NCBI GenBank assembly: GCA_964636945.1
Contig: CAZWVH010000005.1
Coordinates: forward strand, 770 to 64,769
DNA from: an uncultured Caulobacterales bacterium
GTDB lineage: Bacteria; Pseudomonadota; Alphaproteobacteria; Caulobacterales; Maricaulaceae
Direction of reading: 5' to 3'
DNA length: 64,000 nt
Shown: in pieces, positions 29,543 through 39,270 of the stretch
Numbering within the stretch: the first letter of the stretch is position 1
Layout: every line of letters starts with the position of its first letter
Notes under the pieces: generated by a model
What the model saw: the letters and a program-made list of their open reading frames with translations, nothing else
Databases searched by the model: none
What the model was told of the DNA's origin: nothing
Made by a program: the position numbers and the translations under genes

Positions 29543-31175
29543 TTCTCAGCCCGATAACCAGCGACACCCAATTGACGCGCGCGAGGTGCGACTGCGCCAG
29601 CGACACAAGGCTGAGCGCCGCTTTCGCACCTATGGTGTCATTGCCTCGTCCTTCGCCGGCTTGGTGCTCGTTGGATTGTTGGCCAGCGTTGTTGTTCAGT
29701 CGATACCTGCATTCCGCACCCATGAACTGACGTTAACTGTCTCATTTGATCGCCAGGTGCTCGATCGTCAAAATACGCTGGAGCCTTTTTTTCCAGAGCC
29801 AGAGAATGCATCAGAACAGTTCTTGGCTGAGCGCGCGGCGGCGATCCGCAGGCTGAACTTTGATGCTGTATTGCAAAACGCATTGCGGGCTGAGTTTCCG
29901 GAGATTACCGAGCGGCGGCAATTACGCGAACTATTCGAATTGGTCGCAAGTCTCAATATTCCCCGTGAACTCTTGCAACGGGCCGTTGCTGACCCCGCCA
30001 TTATCGGCACGTCACAATCCATCACCTTCCCGCTGGCCGATGACATCGACCTATATCTCGACACCGGGCCGCCGGACATCGTAATTCCCGGTGAAGGGGC
30101 GCTGGCTGTTACCGGAGCCTCAGGAGAGGTGCGTTTGCTGTCCAGTCAGGCCGACTTTGAAAGTATCATAAAGACGTCGAGCGGCGCGAACGGCTTTGGC
30201 GCGACCGAGCCCAGCGTCTTGTTTCGCGTTCATGGCGGCATTGTCAAAATTTTGGCGGTTGAGGGGCAAACGGCCAATGGCGTTGTTCTGGTCAGGTTCG
30301 ACAATGTTCTCACCGCGAATTCCGGCGAATGGGAGATTATCATTCGCGACACTCCGGAAGCAGATCGCCTGGTTTCAGACGCCAAATTGGCGTGGGCGTG
30401 GGCGCTCACCGAACGCGGCGCTCTGACCAAGAAATTTAACTCCCGTTTGTTCACGCAGTCGCATAGCGGCGATCCGGAGCTGGCGGGTATGCTGGGCGCC
30501 ATGGTGGGCTCGTTGCTCACCATGTTGGTGACCATGGCGTTGGCCGTGCCGATTGGTGTGGGTGCAGCCCTCTACCTTGAGGAATTTGCGCCCAAAACTG
30601 CGTTCACGGACTTTGTTGAGGTCAACATCAACAATCTTGCTGCGGTCCCCTCAATCATATTTGGCTTACTCGGGCTAGCGATTTTCATTCCGATCTACAA
30701 TGCGATCCTAAACGATCTCAGCCGCGGCTGGCCGCTGGTGGGCGGAACGGTTTTGGCGCTGATGACTTTGCCCACAATCATCATATCCACCCGAGCCTCA
30801 TTGCGAGCCGTGCCGCCGTCCATCCGTCAGGGTGCGCTCGCGGTAGGGGCGACGCCGGTCCAAACCGTGTTTCATCACGTGCTACCGCTCGCCGGTCCGG
30901 GAATCATGACCGGATCAATCATTGGGCTGGCGCAGGCGTTGGGAGAGACCGCGCCCTTGATCATGATTGGCATGGTCGCGGCCGTTCCCGAGGCGCCAGT
31001 GTGGATCACGGACGCGGCGACGACACTGCCGGCCCAGATCTACTTGTGGTCGAACGAGGCCGCACCGGCCTTCGTGCCTTTGGCGGCTGCAGCGATCCTC
31101 ATTTTGTTGCTGGTGATGATCACCCTGAATCTTCTGGCGATTTTTCTGCGCCGGCGGTTCGAACGGAGATGGTGA
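29535..31175 (+). CDS. pstA: Phosphate ABC transporter permease PstA (long form with large periplasmic insert)
   Basis: 546 aa. Overlaps pstC by 8 nt. C-terminal core GALAVGATPVQTVFHHVLPLAGPGIMTGSIIGLAQALGETAPL. Confidence 0.9.
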   Translation: MSSSQPDNQRHPIDAREVRLRQRHKAERRFRTYGVIASSFAGLVLVGLLASVVVQSIPAFRTHELTLTVSFDRQVLDRQNTLEPFFPEPENASEQFLAERAAAIRRLNFDAVLQNALRAEFPEITERRQLRELFELVASLNIPRELLQRAVADPAIIGTSQSITFPLADDIDLYLDTGPPDIVIPGEGALAVTGASGEVRLLSSQADFESIIKTSSGANGFGATEPSVLFRVHGGIVKILAVEGQTANGVVLVRFDNVLTANSGEWEIIIRDTPEADRLVSDAKLAWAWALTERGALTKKFNSRLFTQSHSGDPELAGMLGAMVGSLLTMLVTMALAVPIGVGAALYLEEFAPKTAFTDFVEVNINNLAAVPSIIFGLLGLAIFIPIYNAILNDLSRGWPLVGGTVLALMTLPTIIISTRASLRAVPPSIRQGALAVGATPVQTVFHHVLPLAGPGIMTGSIIGLAQALGETAPLIMIGMVAAVPEAPVWITDAATTLPAQIYLWSNEAAPAFVPLAAAAILILLLVMITLNLLAIFLRRRFERRW

Positions 31176-31229
31176 CAGACGGCGTGGTTTACTGTGCGGG
31201 GACGGATAGTCGCGGGAAAACGGATACAA

Positions 31230-31985
31230 ATGGCGAAGGTTGAAGCACGAAACATCAATGTTTTTTACGGCGACAAGCAGGCCTTGTTTGATTGCACGGC
31301 CAGTTTTGACGACCGTTCCGTAACCGCGCTGATTGGACCGTCGGGCTGTGGCAAGACGACCTTTTTGCGTTGCATTAACCGCATGAATGACACGATTGAG
31401 CACGCCCGCGTCGAAGGCGAGCTTTTGATTGACGGGATCAATATCAACGATCCCAAAATCGACCCTACGCCCCTGCGCGCGCGTGTCGGCATGGTATTTC
31501 AGAAGCCCAACCCCTTTCCCAAATCCATCTTTGAAAATGTCGCCTATGGCCCGCGCATTCACGGAATGGCCAATAATAAAGGCGAACTGCGCGAGATTGT
31601 TGAGCGCAGCTTGCAGCGCGCCGCATTATGGGATGAAGTGAAGGATCGCTTGGATCAGCCGGGAACAGGACTGTCGGGCGGCCAACAACAGCGGCTTTGT
31701 ATTGCGCGCGCGATCGCCGTGGAGCCGGAAATCATTCTGATGGACGAACCGGCGTCAGCGCTCGATCCTATCGCTACACAGAAAATTGAGGAATTAATCG
31801 TCGAACTTCGAAGAAATTATTGTATCATTATTATTACACACTCGATGCAACAAGCGCGTCGATTGTCGCAATACAGCGCATTTTTTAACCTTGGTCGTAT
31901 TGTGGAATTTGGCGAAACAGATCAAGTGTTCGCTAAGCCGCAAAATAAGCTAACCCAGTCATACGTCATGGGTGAATTTGGATGA
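31230..31985 (+). CDS. pstB: Phosphate ABC transporter ATPase
   Basis: Start at the internal ATG ([14 protein letters not shown]). Walker [10 protein letters not shown], signature LSGGQQQRL, Walker B IILMDEP. Confidence 0.95.
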   Translation: MAKVEARNINVFYGDKQALFDCTASFDDRSVTALIGPSGCGKTTFLRCINRMNDTIEHARVEGELLIDGININDPKIDPTPLRARVGMVFQKPNPFPKSIFENVAYGPRIHGMANNKGELREIVERSLQRAALWDEVKDRLDQPGTGLSGGQQQRLCIARAIAVEPEIILMDEPASALDPIATQKIEELIVELRRNYCIIIITHSMQQARRLSQYSAFFNLGRIVEFGETDQVFAKPQNKLTQSYVMGEFG

Positions 31986-32701
31986 ATAAGTTGGTCGAAC
32001 GCATTGTCGGCCGGGGCGACTTGGCCCGTTCTCTAATCGACGAGCGTGAATTGCTCGGCGATGAATTGGCGCGCATGGGCGGGGCCGTCGAGCGATTATC
32101 CATGGCCGCGCTCGACGCCGTGACCAGACGGGACACGGAAGCCGCGCAAAGCGTTGCCGATCAACGCTCGACCTTAGGCGAAATGCAGGGCAATTTGGAG
32201 CGCCGTATTGTGCGGGTGATCGCCGGCTGGCGGCCGGCAGAGAAGGACGTGACCCATCTCATCAGTGCACTGAAGATATCGGCTCATTTGGAGCGCATTG
32301 GCGAACTTTCATGCAATAACGCCATGCGCACCGTGGCGCTAAATGACGCTGAACCGCTTGTATTGATGAGCAGTTTGGATCGCATGGGCCGCCGGGTGGT
32401 GCAGCAACTCAAGAATGCGCTCGATGCTTTTGCCCGTCTCGATCCGGATGTGGCGCAAGAAGCGTGGCGGCGTGATGATGATGTTGACGACGCGTACAAT
32501 AGCCTGTTCAAAGAACTGCTCGTCAATATTGCGAACGACCCGCAGATGAGTGGTCCGTGTACGCATTTAATGTTTGTGGCGAAGAATGTGGAGCGCATAG
32601 GCGATCACGCCACGGATATTGCCGCGATTGTGTATGGGCTGGCGACAGGCGGGGAATTATCGCGCGGCGAGCCAGAAGCGCCTAAAGGCAGTGGTGTTTA
32701 G
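31982..32701 (+). CDS. phoU: Phosphate signalling complex protein PhoU
   Basis: 239 aa, two PhoU repeats. 4-nt overlap with the pstB stop. Confidence 0.9.
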   Translation: MNKLVERIVGRGDLARSLIDERELLGDELARMGGAVERLSMAALDAVTRRDTEAAQSVADQRSTLGEMQGNLERRIVRVIAGWRPAEKDVTHLISALKISAHLERIGELSCNNAMRTVALNDAEPLVLMSSLDRMGRRVVQQLKNALDAFARLDPDVAQEAWRRDDDVDDAYNSLFKELLVNIANDPQMSGPCTHLMFVAKNVERIGDHATDIAAIVYGLATGGELSRGEPEAPKGSGV

Positions 32702-32722
32702 GCGCATTGTTGGGGATGAGCC

Positions 32723-33430
32723 GTGAACCCACGTGTTCTTGTTGTCGAAGACGACACTGATATTTCCGCGCTATTGTTCTATAACCTCACGAAAGAAGGC
32801 TATCAGGTGTCTCTCTCCCAGGATGGTGAGGAGGCGCTCATGCTGGTGGAAGAAAACCCGCCGGACGTGATTCTACTCGATTGGATGTTGCCAAAGGTGT
32901 CTGGGCTGGAAGTGTGCCGCCGCGTCCGAGCCAAGGCCGACTGCGCCAATGTGCCGATTATCATGGTCACGGCGCGCGGTGAGGAGACCGAGCGCGTGCG
33001 CGGTCTTGATACCGGGGCGGATGACTATCTCGTCAAACCCTTCCAAGTGGGCGAGTTACTGGCGCGAATCCGGGCCGTACTCCGTCGTATTCGCCCAGGC
33101 CTGGCTGAAGATCAGATTGCCGTGGGCGATATTATCGTCGACCGGGCGGCGCATCGTGTGCGGCGCAATGGAGAAGAAGTTCATCTCGGGCCCACGGAAT
33201 TCAGATTGCTGGAATATCTGATGCTCAACCCAGGACGGGTGTTCTCGCGAGAACAATTGCTGGATTCGGTTTGGGGCGCTGACGTGTATGTGGAAGCACG
33301 CACAGTTGACGTGCATGTGGGACGCTTACGCAAGGCGCTTAAAAAGGGCGACGCCATTGATCCCATACGCACCGTGCGATCGGCCGGCTACGCATTTGAC
33401 GCCGAGCTCGCGGCCCAGCGGGTGAGCTGA
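32723..33430 (+). CDS. phoB: Phosphate regulon response regulator
   Basis: GTG start. Receiver domain (VLVVEDD...DVILLDWMLP...K) plus an OmpR/PhoB winged helix (LGPTEFRLLEYL...TVDVHVGRLRKAL). Confidence 0.95.
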   Translation: MNPRVLVVEDDTDISALLFYNLTKEGYQVSLSQDGEEALMLVEENPPDVILLDWMLPKVSGLEVCRRVRAKADCANVPIIMVTARGEETERVRGLDTGADDYLVKPFQVGELLARIRAVLRRIRPGLAEDQIAVGDIIVDRAAHRVRRNGEEVHLGPTEFRLLEYLMLNPGRVFSREQLLDSVWGADVYVEARTVDVHVGRLRKALKKGDAIDPIRTVRSAGYAFDAELAAQRVS

Positions 33431-33461
33431 GCCTTCAAGTGCGCGACCCTCATGGCCAAGC

Positions 33462-33486
33462 CACTGCGCCCACACTGGGCGCAGTG
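33462..33486. terminator. Perfect 10-bp hairpin between convergent phoB and gcrA
   Basis: CACTGCGCCC-ACACT-GGGCGCAGTG. There is no clear T-tract, so it may be a bidirectional or stabilising hairpin. Confidence 0.45.
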
Positions 33487-33511
33487 AGTGCCGACCATGG
33501 CGGAGGACTGT

Positions 33512-34045
33512 CTACCAGCTTGCCCGCCGCGATGCGGCAATGGCGTCGAGAGCAGCGTCAATATTGGATGACTTTTTGCGCTTGCGACGCGTGGGCTGAT
33601 AGGCCATTTCACAATGCGCTTCGCAATACGGCGAACCGCTCTTGCTCTTTTTGCCGCAAAACTGAAAGCCAGGTTCGGACGGATCGCCGATTGGCCAGCG
33701 GCAAATGTGATCGGTGAGGTTCAGCACCCGGGCAAAATCCCCCGTGGCCTGCGGCACCGCATTCATGGCCTCTGCGGCGACCTTAAGCCGAGCCGGCACA
33801 TGCTTTGGCGCACTGATATCAATGGAGCGCCGCGGCCGAAGGGCCGGCCGTGGGCGCGCGCTCACAGCGCTCACCCGCTGCGGCGGAGACGACGGTGTCG
33901 CTCGACCGGACAAGCCAAGTCGATGAACTTTTCCAATTACTGCGTTACGCGTGACGCCACCAAGCTCCTTGGCTATTTGGCTCGCCGATAACCCCTGCGC
34001 CCAAAGTTTTTTGAGCATTTCAACGCGTTCTTCTGTCCACGCCAT
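33512..34045 (-). CDS. gcrA: Cell-cycle transcriptional regulator GcrA
   Basis: Start at the internal ATG 34045, preceded by AGGAGG. MAWTEERVEMLKKLWAQGLSASQIAKELGGVTRNAVIGKVHRLGLSGR is the GcrA signature N-terminus. Conserved C-terminal C..WPIGDP...FCG...PYC..H. Confidence 0.95.
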   Translation of the reverse strand: MAWTEERVEMLKKLWAQGLSASQIAKELGGVTRNAVIGKVHRLGLSGRATPSSPPQRVSAVSARPRPALRPRRSIDISAPKHVPARLKVAAEAMNAVPQATGDFARVLNLTDHICRWPIGDPSEPGFQFCGKKSKSGSPYCEAHCEMAYQPTRRKRKKSSNIDAALDAIAASRRASW

Positions 34046-34247
34046 GTGCGGCCTCCTGCTCGCTAGGTCGACAAGATATTGTGTCTGTGCACAAATCCTG
34101 TCGCCACAACACGCGAGATGTTGTAGGCGCCCCCGCACTTCTCCGCAATATCTTGAGGCCAACTTGTCAACAGGTCCCATATCTTGCGATTTGATCTGTG
34201 GACAACGACCCCTTAACTGTGGAGAATTAATATCTGAGCCATTGAGG

Positions 34248-34262
34248 TTAACGGGGTGTTAA
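34248..34262. promoter_or_regulatory. Perfect CtrA-box TTAA-N7-TTAA in the gcrA / ABC-2 permease divergent region
   Basis: TTAACGGGGTGTTAA (the next base is C, giving TTAA-N7-TTAAC). About 200 nt upstream of the gcrA start and immediately before the GTG of the permease gene. Confidence 0.5.
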
Positions 34263-34263
34263 C

Positions 34264-35088
34264 GTGTCTCAAAACTCTAACTCGATTGAACAAATCAGCA
34301 GTCTTTCGGTCCGCCAATTTGGCGCCGTGAACTGGTTGGGCCTATGGACCCTTTATGAAAAAGAAGTCCGGCGATTTCTGAAGGTCTCAGTTCAAACACT
34401 GTTGGCTCCGGCGGTCCAGACCCTGTTGTTTATGCTTGTGTTGACGTTGGCGCTAGGGACATTGCGGGGTGACGTTCTTGGCCAACCTTTCGGGACATTC
34501 TTGGCGCCGGGTCTGATTATGATGGCGGTAATCAATGCCGGTTTCGCCAATACCTCTTCATCGTTGATTGTCTCAAAACTGCAGGGCAATGCGGTGGACT
34601 TTTTGATGCCTCCGTTGACAGCCACAGAGCTCACAGCCGCCTTTGTGGGCGGCGGGGCCACGAGGGGGGTTTTGGTTGCACTATCAGGGGTCTTGGTGGT
34701 GTTGCCGATCACCAATTTGCCGGTGTCAAACCTGGCCGCCATTATTTACTTCGCGCTGTCAGCATCGATCATCTTGTCCGCCATTGGCCTTATCGCCGGA
34801 GTTTGGGCGCAGAAGTTCGACCATCTTGCGGCGGTGACCAATTTCATCATCGTGCCGCTGAGCTTTTTGTCAGGCACATTCTATTCCGTCACGATCTTGC
34901 CCGACGCGTTGCACCAAGCGGCGCTATGGAACCCGATCTTCTTCCTGATTGATGGCTTTCGGTATGGCTTTATTGGCGTATCGGACGCACCCGTCTGGCG
35001 CAGCGCGGTGGTTGTTGGCGTATTGGACATGCTCGCATTATTCGCCGCTTATGCCGTACTGAAGAGCGGTTGGCGATTAAAGCCCTGA
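34264..35088 (+). CDS. ABC-2 type transporter permease (YadH/NodJ-like), with no adjacent ATPase
   Basis: 274 aa, six TM segments, ABC-2 family-like sequence (WLGLWTLYEKEVRRFLKV...). Confidence 0.7.
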   Translation: MSQNSNSIEQISSLSVRQFGAVNWLGLWTLYEKEVRRFLKVSVQTLLAPAVQTLLFMLVLTLALGTLRGDVLGQPFGTFLAPGLIMMAVINAGFANTSSSLIVSKLQGNAVDFLMPPLTATELTAAFVGGGATRGVLVALSGVLVVLPITNLPVSNLAAIIYFALSASIILSAIGLIAGVWAQKFDHLAAVTNFIIVPLSFLSGTFYSVTILPDALHQAALWNPIFFLIDGFRYGFIGVSDAPVWRSAVVVGVLDMLALFAAYAVLKSGWRLKP

Positions 35089-35145
35089 TCACAAAGGCGG
35101 CGCTTGGTCGCGATCTTCCCCTTTGCGCTCGCACGCGAGCGCGCT

Positions 35146-36366
35146 ATGGAAGACATTATGACCAATCATCTTTTCCATACCTACGCGCCCCCCGACCTGA
35201 ACTTCACCCATGGCCGGGGCGCTGTCCTATTCGCCGACACCGGGCGAGAATACTTGGATTTCATTTCCGGGATCGCCGTGAATGCCCTAGGGCATGCGCA
35301 CCCAGCTCTCGTGGACGCGCTGAAAGCCCAGGGCGAAAAGCTATGGCATTTGTCCAACATGTTTAAGGTGCCGGGCCAACAGGAGTTGGCGGCGCGCTAT
35401 TGCGAAGCAACATTCGCCGATGAGGTGTTTTTCACCAATTCCGGCGCCGAAGCGATGGAGTGCGCGCTCAAGACCGCTCGGCGCTATCATTTCGTGAACA
35501 AATCGCCTGAGCGCATCAATATCGTCACGTTCACGGGCGCATTTCATGGCCGTACTTATGGCGCAATTAATGCCGGTGGCAATCCAAAGTACTTGGAAGG
35601 ATTTGGCCCAAGCATGCCAGGGTTTCAGCAGGTCGGATTTGGTGATCACGATGCGCTTTACGCGGCGGTTGATGAAACCACGGCGGCCGTGTTGCTGGAG
35701 CCTGTGCAAGGTGAGGGCGGCGTGCGCACCATCCCCGACCAATGCCTAACTGGCGTGCGCAAGCTTTGCCGGGAACGCGGCGCGTTATTGATTTATGATG
35801 AAGTGCAAAGCGGCGCTGGGCGCACGGGCAAGCTGTTCGCCCATGAATGGGCGGAGGACGCCGCGCCGGACATTATGGCGATCGCCAAGGGCATTGGCGG
35901 TGGTTTCCCCATGGGCGCTTGCCTCGCCACCAAGGAAGCGGCCAAAGGCATGACGCCTGGCACCCATGGCACCACCTTTGGCGGCAATGCGCTGGCCATG
36001 GCAGTAGGGGCGGCGGCCTTCGGAGAGCTGACTAAGCCGGGCTTTATGGAGACCGTGCAAGAGCGCGCTGCAACTTTGAAAGCGGGCCTTGAGCGCTTGG
36101 CTGCCGGGCGCAATGCGCCAGTGATCGCAGAGGTGCGTGGCAAAGGTCTTTTGCTTGGGATCAAGGTCAATATTCCCAACGTCAAGGTGCGTGACGCCGC
36201 GCGTGAGCGTGGATTGTTGGTTGGTGTGGCTGGAGAAAATGTGGTGCGCATGGCCCCGCCGCTGATCATCAGTGACGATCAAGCAAACGCTGCGCTGGAG
36301 ATTCTCGACGCCGCCTTGGCGGAGGTCGCCACCTCTGAAGAAAGTCTCGCGGAGCCGCGAAAGTGA
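35146..36366 (+). CDS. argD: Acetylornithine/succinyldiaminopimelate aminotransferase (class III PLP)
   Basis: GRGAVLFADTGREYLDFISGIAVNALGH, DEVQSGAGRTGKLFA, AIAKGIGGGFPMGA (PLP lysine). The start could be 35146 or 35158. Confidence 0.9.
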   Translation: MEDIMTNHLFHTYAPPDLNFTHGRGAVLFADTGREYLDFISGIAVNALGHAHPALVDALKAQGEKLWHLSNMFKVPGQQELAARYCEATFADEVFFTNSGAEAMECALKTARRYHFVNKSPERINIVTFTGAFHGRTYGAINAGGNPKYLEGFGPSMPGFQQVGFGDHDALYAAVDETTAAVLLEPVQGEGGVRTIPDQCLTGVRKLCRERGALLIYDEVQSGAGRTGKLFAHEWAEDAAPDIMAIAKGIGGGFPMGACLATKEAAKGMTPGTHGTTFGGNALAMAVGAAAFGELTKPGFMETVQERAATLKAGLERLAAGRNAPVIAEVRGKGLLLGIKVNIPNVKVRDAARERGLLVGVAGENVVRMAPPLIISDDQANAALEILDAALAEVATSEESLAEPRK

Positions 36367-37295
36367 GCAGTCCCACCGGTGCAGCGCAAACCGATCCGTT
36401 GAGCGGGCGCGATGACGTGGTGGCGCCATTTCAGCTGGAAAACCGCCCTGTCCGCGGGCGGATCGCGCGGCTGAACCGATCGGTGGATGAGATCCTGACC
36501 AATCACAATTATCCCGCGCCAGTGGCCGGTCTGCTGGGTGAGGCCGTCCTGTTGGCGGTTCTGGTAGGATCATCGCTGAAATTTGAAGGTAAGCTCAGTA
36601 TTCAAGCTCAAGGCGACGGACCGGTATCATTATTGTTGGCCGACTTCACCACACAGGGCGGGGTTCGCGGATTTGCACGGATCGACCACGACCGGCTCAA
36701 ACAAGAGCTGTCGAGCGGCATGCCAGTCAATGCCGGTGCGCTGCTTGGCCAGGGTCATCTGGCGTTTTCCATCGACCAAGGTCCTGATTTTGATGTCTAT
36801 CAGAGCATCGCGCCTATTGAGGGGCCCCATTTATCGGCCATCGCTCAGGGATATTTTGAGCAATCTGAGCAGGTGCCCACACGCATAGCGCTCTCAGTGG
36901 CGCAATTTGCCCAGGATGAGGGTGGCTGGCGTGCAGGCGGAATGATTTTGCAGCGGATTGCCGGGGATGATCAGCGCGGCGACGCTGAAGAAGCGTGGAA
37001 TGAGGGGCGTGCATTGTTCGACACAGTTCAGCATGAAGAACTGGTGGACCCGCGTTTATCGGCTGGCGGGGTTTTGTTTCGTTTGTTCCATGAGCCAGGG
37101 GTGCGCGTGTTTCAACCGGACAGTGTGATCCATCAGTGTACATGTTCGGCGAAGCGCGTGCGCCAAATGCTGGCCAGCTTTCCCCAATCGGATTTAGCTG
37201 AACTCACCGAGCCTGACGGGCGATTATGCGTGAATTGTGAATACTGCAATCGCCAATATCGCCTTTCACCGGAGGAGGTGCGACACGGAAGTTAG
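36363..37295 (+). CDS. hslO: Redox-regulated chaperone Hsp33
   Basis: GTG start overlapping the argD stop (GTGA). C-terminal zinc centre CTCS...CVNCEYC. Confidence 0.9.
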   Translation: MSSPTGAAQTDPLSGRDDVVAPFQLENRPVRGRIARLNRSVDEILTNHNYPAPVAGLLGEAVLLAVLVGSSLKFEGKLSIQAQGDGPVSLLLADFTTQGGVRGFARIDHDRLKQELSSGMPVNAGALLGQGHLAFSIDQGPDFDVYQSIAPIEGPHLSAIAQGYFEQSEQVPTRIALSVAQFAQDEGGWRAGGMILQRIAGDDQRGDAEEAWNEGRALFDTVQHEELVDPRLSAGGVLFRLFHEPGVRVFQPDSVIHQCTCSAKRVRQMLASFPQSDLAELTEPDGRLCVNCEYCNRQYRLSPEEVRHGS

Positions 37296-37301
37296 GCCGC
37301 C

Positions 37302-38753
37302 CTAACCGCGCCAAAAATGTGGGGCGAACAGCACCAAAACTGTAAAAAACTCCAGGCGTCCCACCAGCATGCCAATGGTCAGCGCCCATTTGGCGCCCAC
37401 GGGCAGCGGCGCAAAGTCACCCATCGGCCCAATGGTCGCCCCAAGTCCGGGCCCCACATTCGCTATCGCCGTGGCGGCGCCAGAGAACGCTGTGACCGTG
37501 TCGAGACCCAACCCGCCGAGAATCACGGCTAAGACCGCGTAACCGGCGAAATACACAAAGAAAAAGTTCAATACCGATTGTACGGCTTCTGTGGGGACCG
37601 TTCGCCCGCCATAGCGCAATGATGTAACGGCGTGGGGGCGAATCATTTGGCGGCAGTAGGCAATCAGGGCGCGAAATGCGATCTGAAACCGAAAGATTTT
37701 CGCACCACAAGACGTGGAGCCGGCACATCCGCCGACGAATGTCAGGATGAAAAACACCGCCGTCGCAAATGGCCCCCAACCCCAATAGTCGTGGGTGGCA
37801 TAGCCTGTACCGGTGATGATGGACACGACGCTAAACGCGGCGGCCCGCAAGGCCTCGAAGGCTTCCAAATACCCTCGTGTGGTCAAATAAATGGTCATGA
37901 CCACAATCACGATCGTGACGACTGCAAGCAGAGCGCGAGCCTGAGGGTCGGCGCCAGCTCTTTTGGGCTGGCCCCGCAAGGCCAGCATGTAGGCGCCAAA
38001 TGGCAACGAGGCGAGGAGCATAAAGAACACCGCGGCAATGTCGGCGCCCGTGTCAGTGAACTTGCCCATCGAGTAGCTCGAGGTGGAAAATCCGCCGGTG
38101 GCGATTGTCGTCATGGCGTGGGCTATGGAGTCAAACGCAGACATGCCGCAAATTGCGTAAACCAACGCGCATAGGACAGTGAGCGCTAAGTAGATAAAGC
38201 CGATGAAGCCAGCGATCTGCGTGGCCCGCGGCATGAGTTTTTCCGAACGATCCGAACTTTCCAATCGAAACAACTGCATCCCGCCGATGGACAGCATTGG
38301 CAAAATTGCAATTGCGGTGACCAAAATACCGACGCCGCCAATCCATTGCAGTATGGCTCGCCACAGCAAGATGCCCCGCGGCTGGCTGTCCAAGTCGCGC
38401 ATCACGGTGGCGCCCGTGGTGGTGAGGCCAGACATGGCTTCAAATACCGCGTCAGTGACTGAGAGCGCATCAGGGCGCAAGACGAAGGGTAAAGCGGCGA
38501 AGGCGGGAAGGACGAGCCACGTGGCCACGGTGAGCACAAATGCCGCACGCAGATTCAGCCGTTCGATACGCCCCTTCGCGGCGAGTGTGAACACGCCGCC
38601 AAAAAAACCGGTGACCAGCATGGCGAATCCAAAAGCCCCTGAGTCACGGCCTCGGCCGGCCGCCTCAATGATGAGGCACGGCGCCATGGTTGCCGCCAAC
38701 CCGATCAATAAAACGCCGGAAACCAAAGCGGCGGGGCGAATGAGGTCAGACAT
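37302..38753 (-). CDS. trkH: TrkH-family potassium uptake protein
   Basis: 483 aa polytopic protein with repeated M1-P-M2 units containing TTGF/TGGF/TGTGY-like selectivity motifs (LTTTGATV, IATGGFST, ITGTGYAT). Confidence 0.9.
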   Translation of the reverse strand: MSDLIRPAALVSGVLLIGLAATMAPCLIIEAAGRGRDSGAFGFAMLVTGFFGGVFTLAAKGRIERLNLRAAFVLTVATWLVLPAFAALPFVLRPDALSVTDAVFEAMSGLTTTGATVMRDLDSQPRGILLWRAILQWIGGVGILVTAIAILPMLSIGGMQLFRLESSDRSEKLMPRATQIAGFIGFIYLALTVLCALVYAICGMSAFDSIAHAMTTIATGGFSTSSYSMGKFTDTGADIAAVFFMLLASLPFGAYMLALRGQPKRAGADPQARALLAVVTIVIVVMTIYLTTRGYLEAFEALRAAAFSVVSIITGTGYATHDYWGWGPFATAVFFILTFVGGCAGSTSCGAKIFRFQIAFRALIAYCRQMIRPHAVTSLRYGGRTVPTEAVQSVLNFFFVYFAGYAVLAVILGGLGLDTVTAFSGAATAIANVGPGLGATIGPMGDFAPLPVGAKWALTIGMLVGRLEFFTVLVLFAPHFWRG

Positions 38754-38764
38754 GCCCAGCCCGC

Positions 38765-39163
38765 CTAATTGGGTCGAGACAGCCCCAGCTCATCTGGGCT
38801 GTCGAGGGAAAATGCCGGAATGGCCACAGTGAACTCATCGCCATCATCGGTGCGCATGAGATAAGCGCCCTGCATGATGCCGGACGGCGTATCCAACGGT
38901 GCGCCGCTGACATAGCGGAAGGCGTCGCCGGGGCGCAGAACAGGTTGCTGACCAACTACGCCTTCGCCTTCCACCTCCTGGGTGTGGCCGCGAGCATTGG
39001 TGATGGTCCAACGCCGGGAGATCAGCTGGACTGTGTCGACGCCATGGTTTTCGATCTCGATCATGTACGACCACACATAACGCGGTTCGTCAGGATCAGA
39101 GTGATCGCTGCGATATTCTGGTACAGCTCGCACCAGAATCCCGCGAGTTGTTTGCTCGTACAT
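38765..39163 (-). CDS. apaG: ApaG (DUF525) protein
   Basis: Start at the internal ATG (MYEQTTRGILVRAVPEYRSDHSDPDEPRYVWSYMIEIENHG...), a typical alphaproteobacterial ApaG. Confidence 0.9.
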   Translation of the reverse strand: MYEQTTRGILVRAVPEYRSDHSDPDEPRYVWSYMIEIENHGVDTVQLISRRWTITNARGHTQEVEGEGVVGQQPVLRPGDAFRYVSGAPLDTPSGIMQGAYLMRTDDGDEFTVAIPAFSLDSPDELGLSRPN

Positions 39164-39270
39164 ACTATTCGCGTCCGTATCGCCCATGCCGATCGTGTTG
39201 GCCTAAACCGCACGAACTCACAAGATGGCCGCTGCGCATGGAGATGAGCCGCAAACAAGGGGACCAACCC

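Noticed and set aside
30915-31562. Minus ORF of 215 aa spanning the pstA/pstB junction
   Set aside because: Antisense to two well-supported genes. No motifs.
35785-36573. Minus ORF of 262 aa across argD/hslO
   Set aside because: Antisense shadow. Both sense genes carry diagnostic motifs (PLP lysine region, Hsp33 zinc centre).
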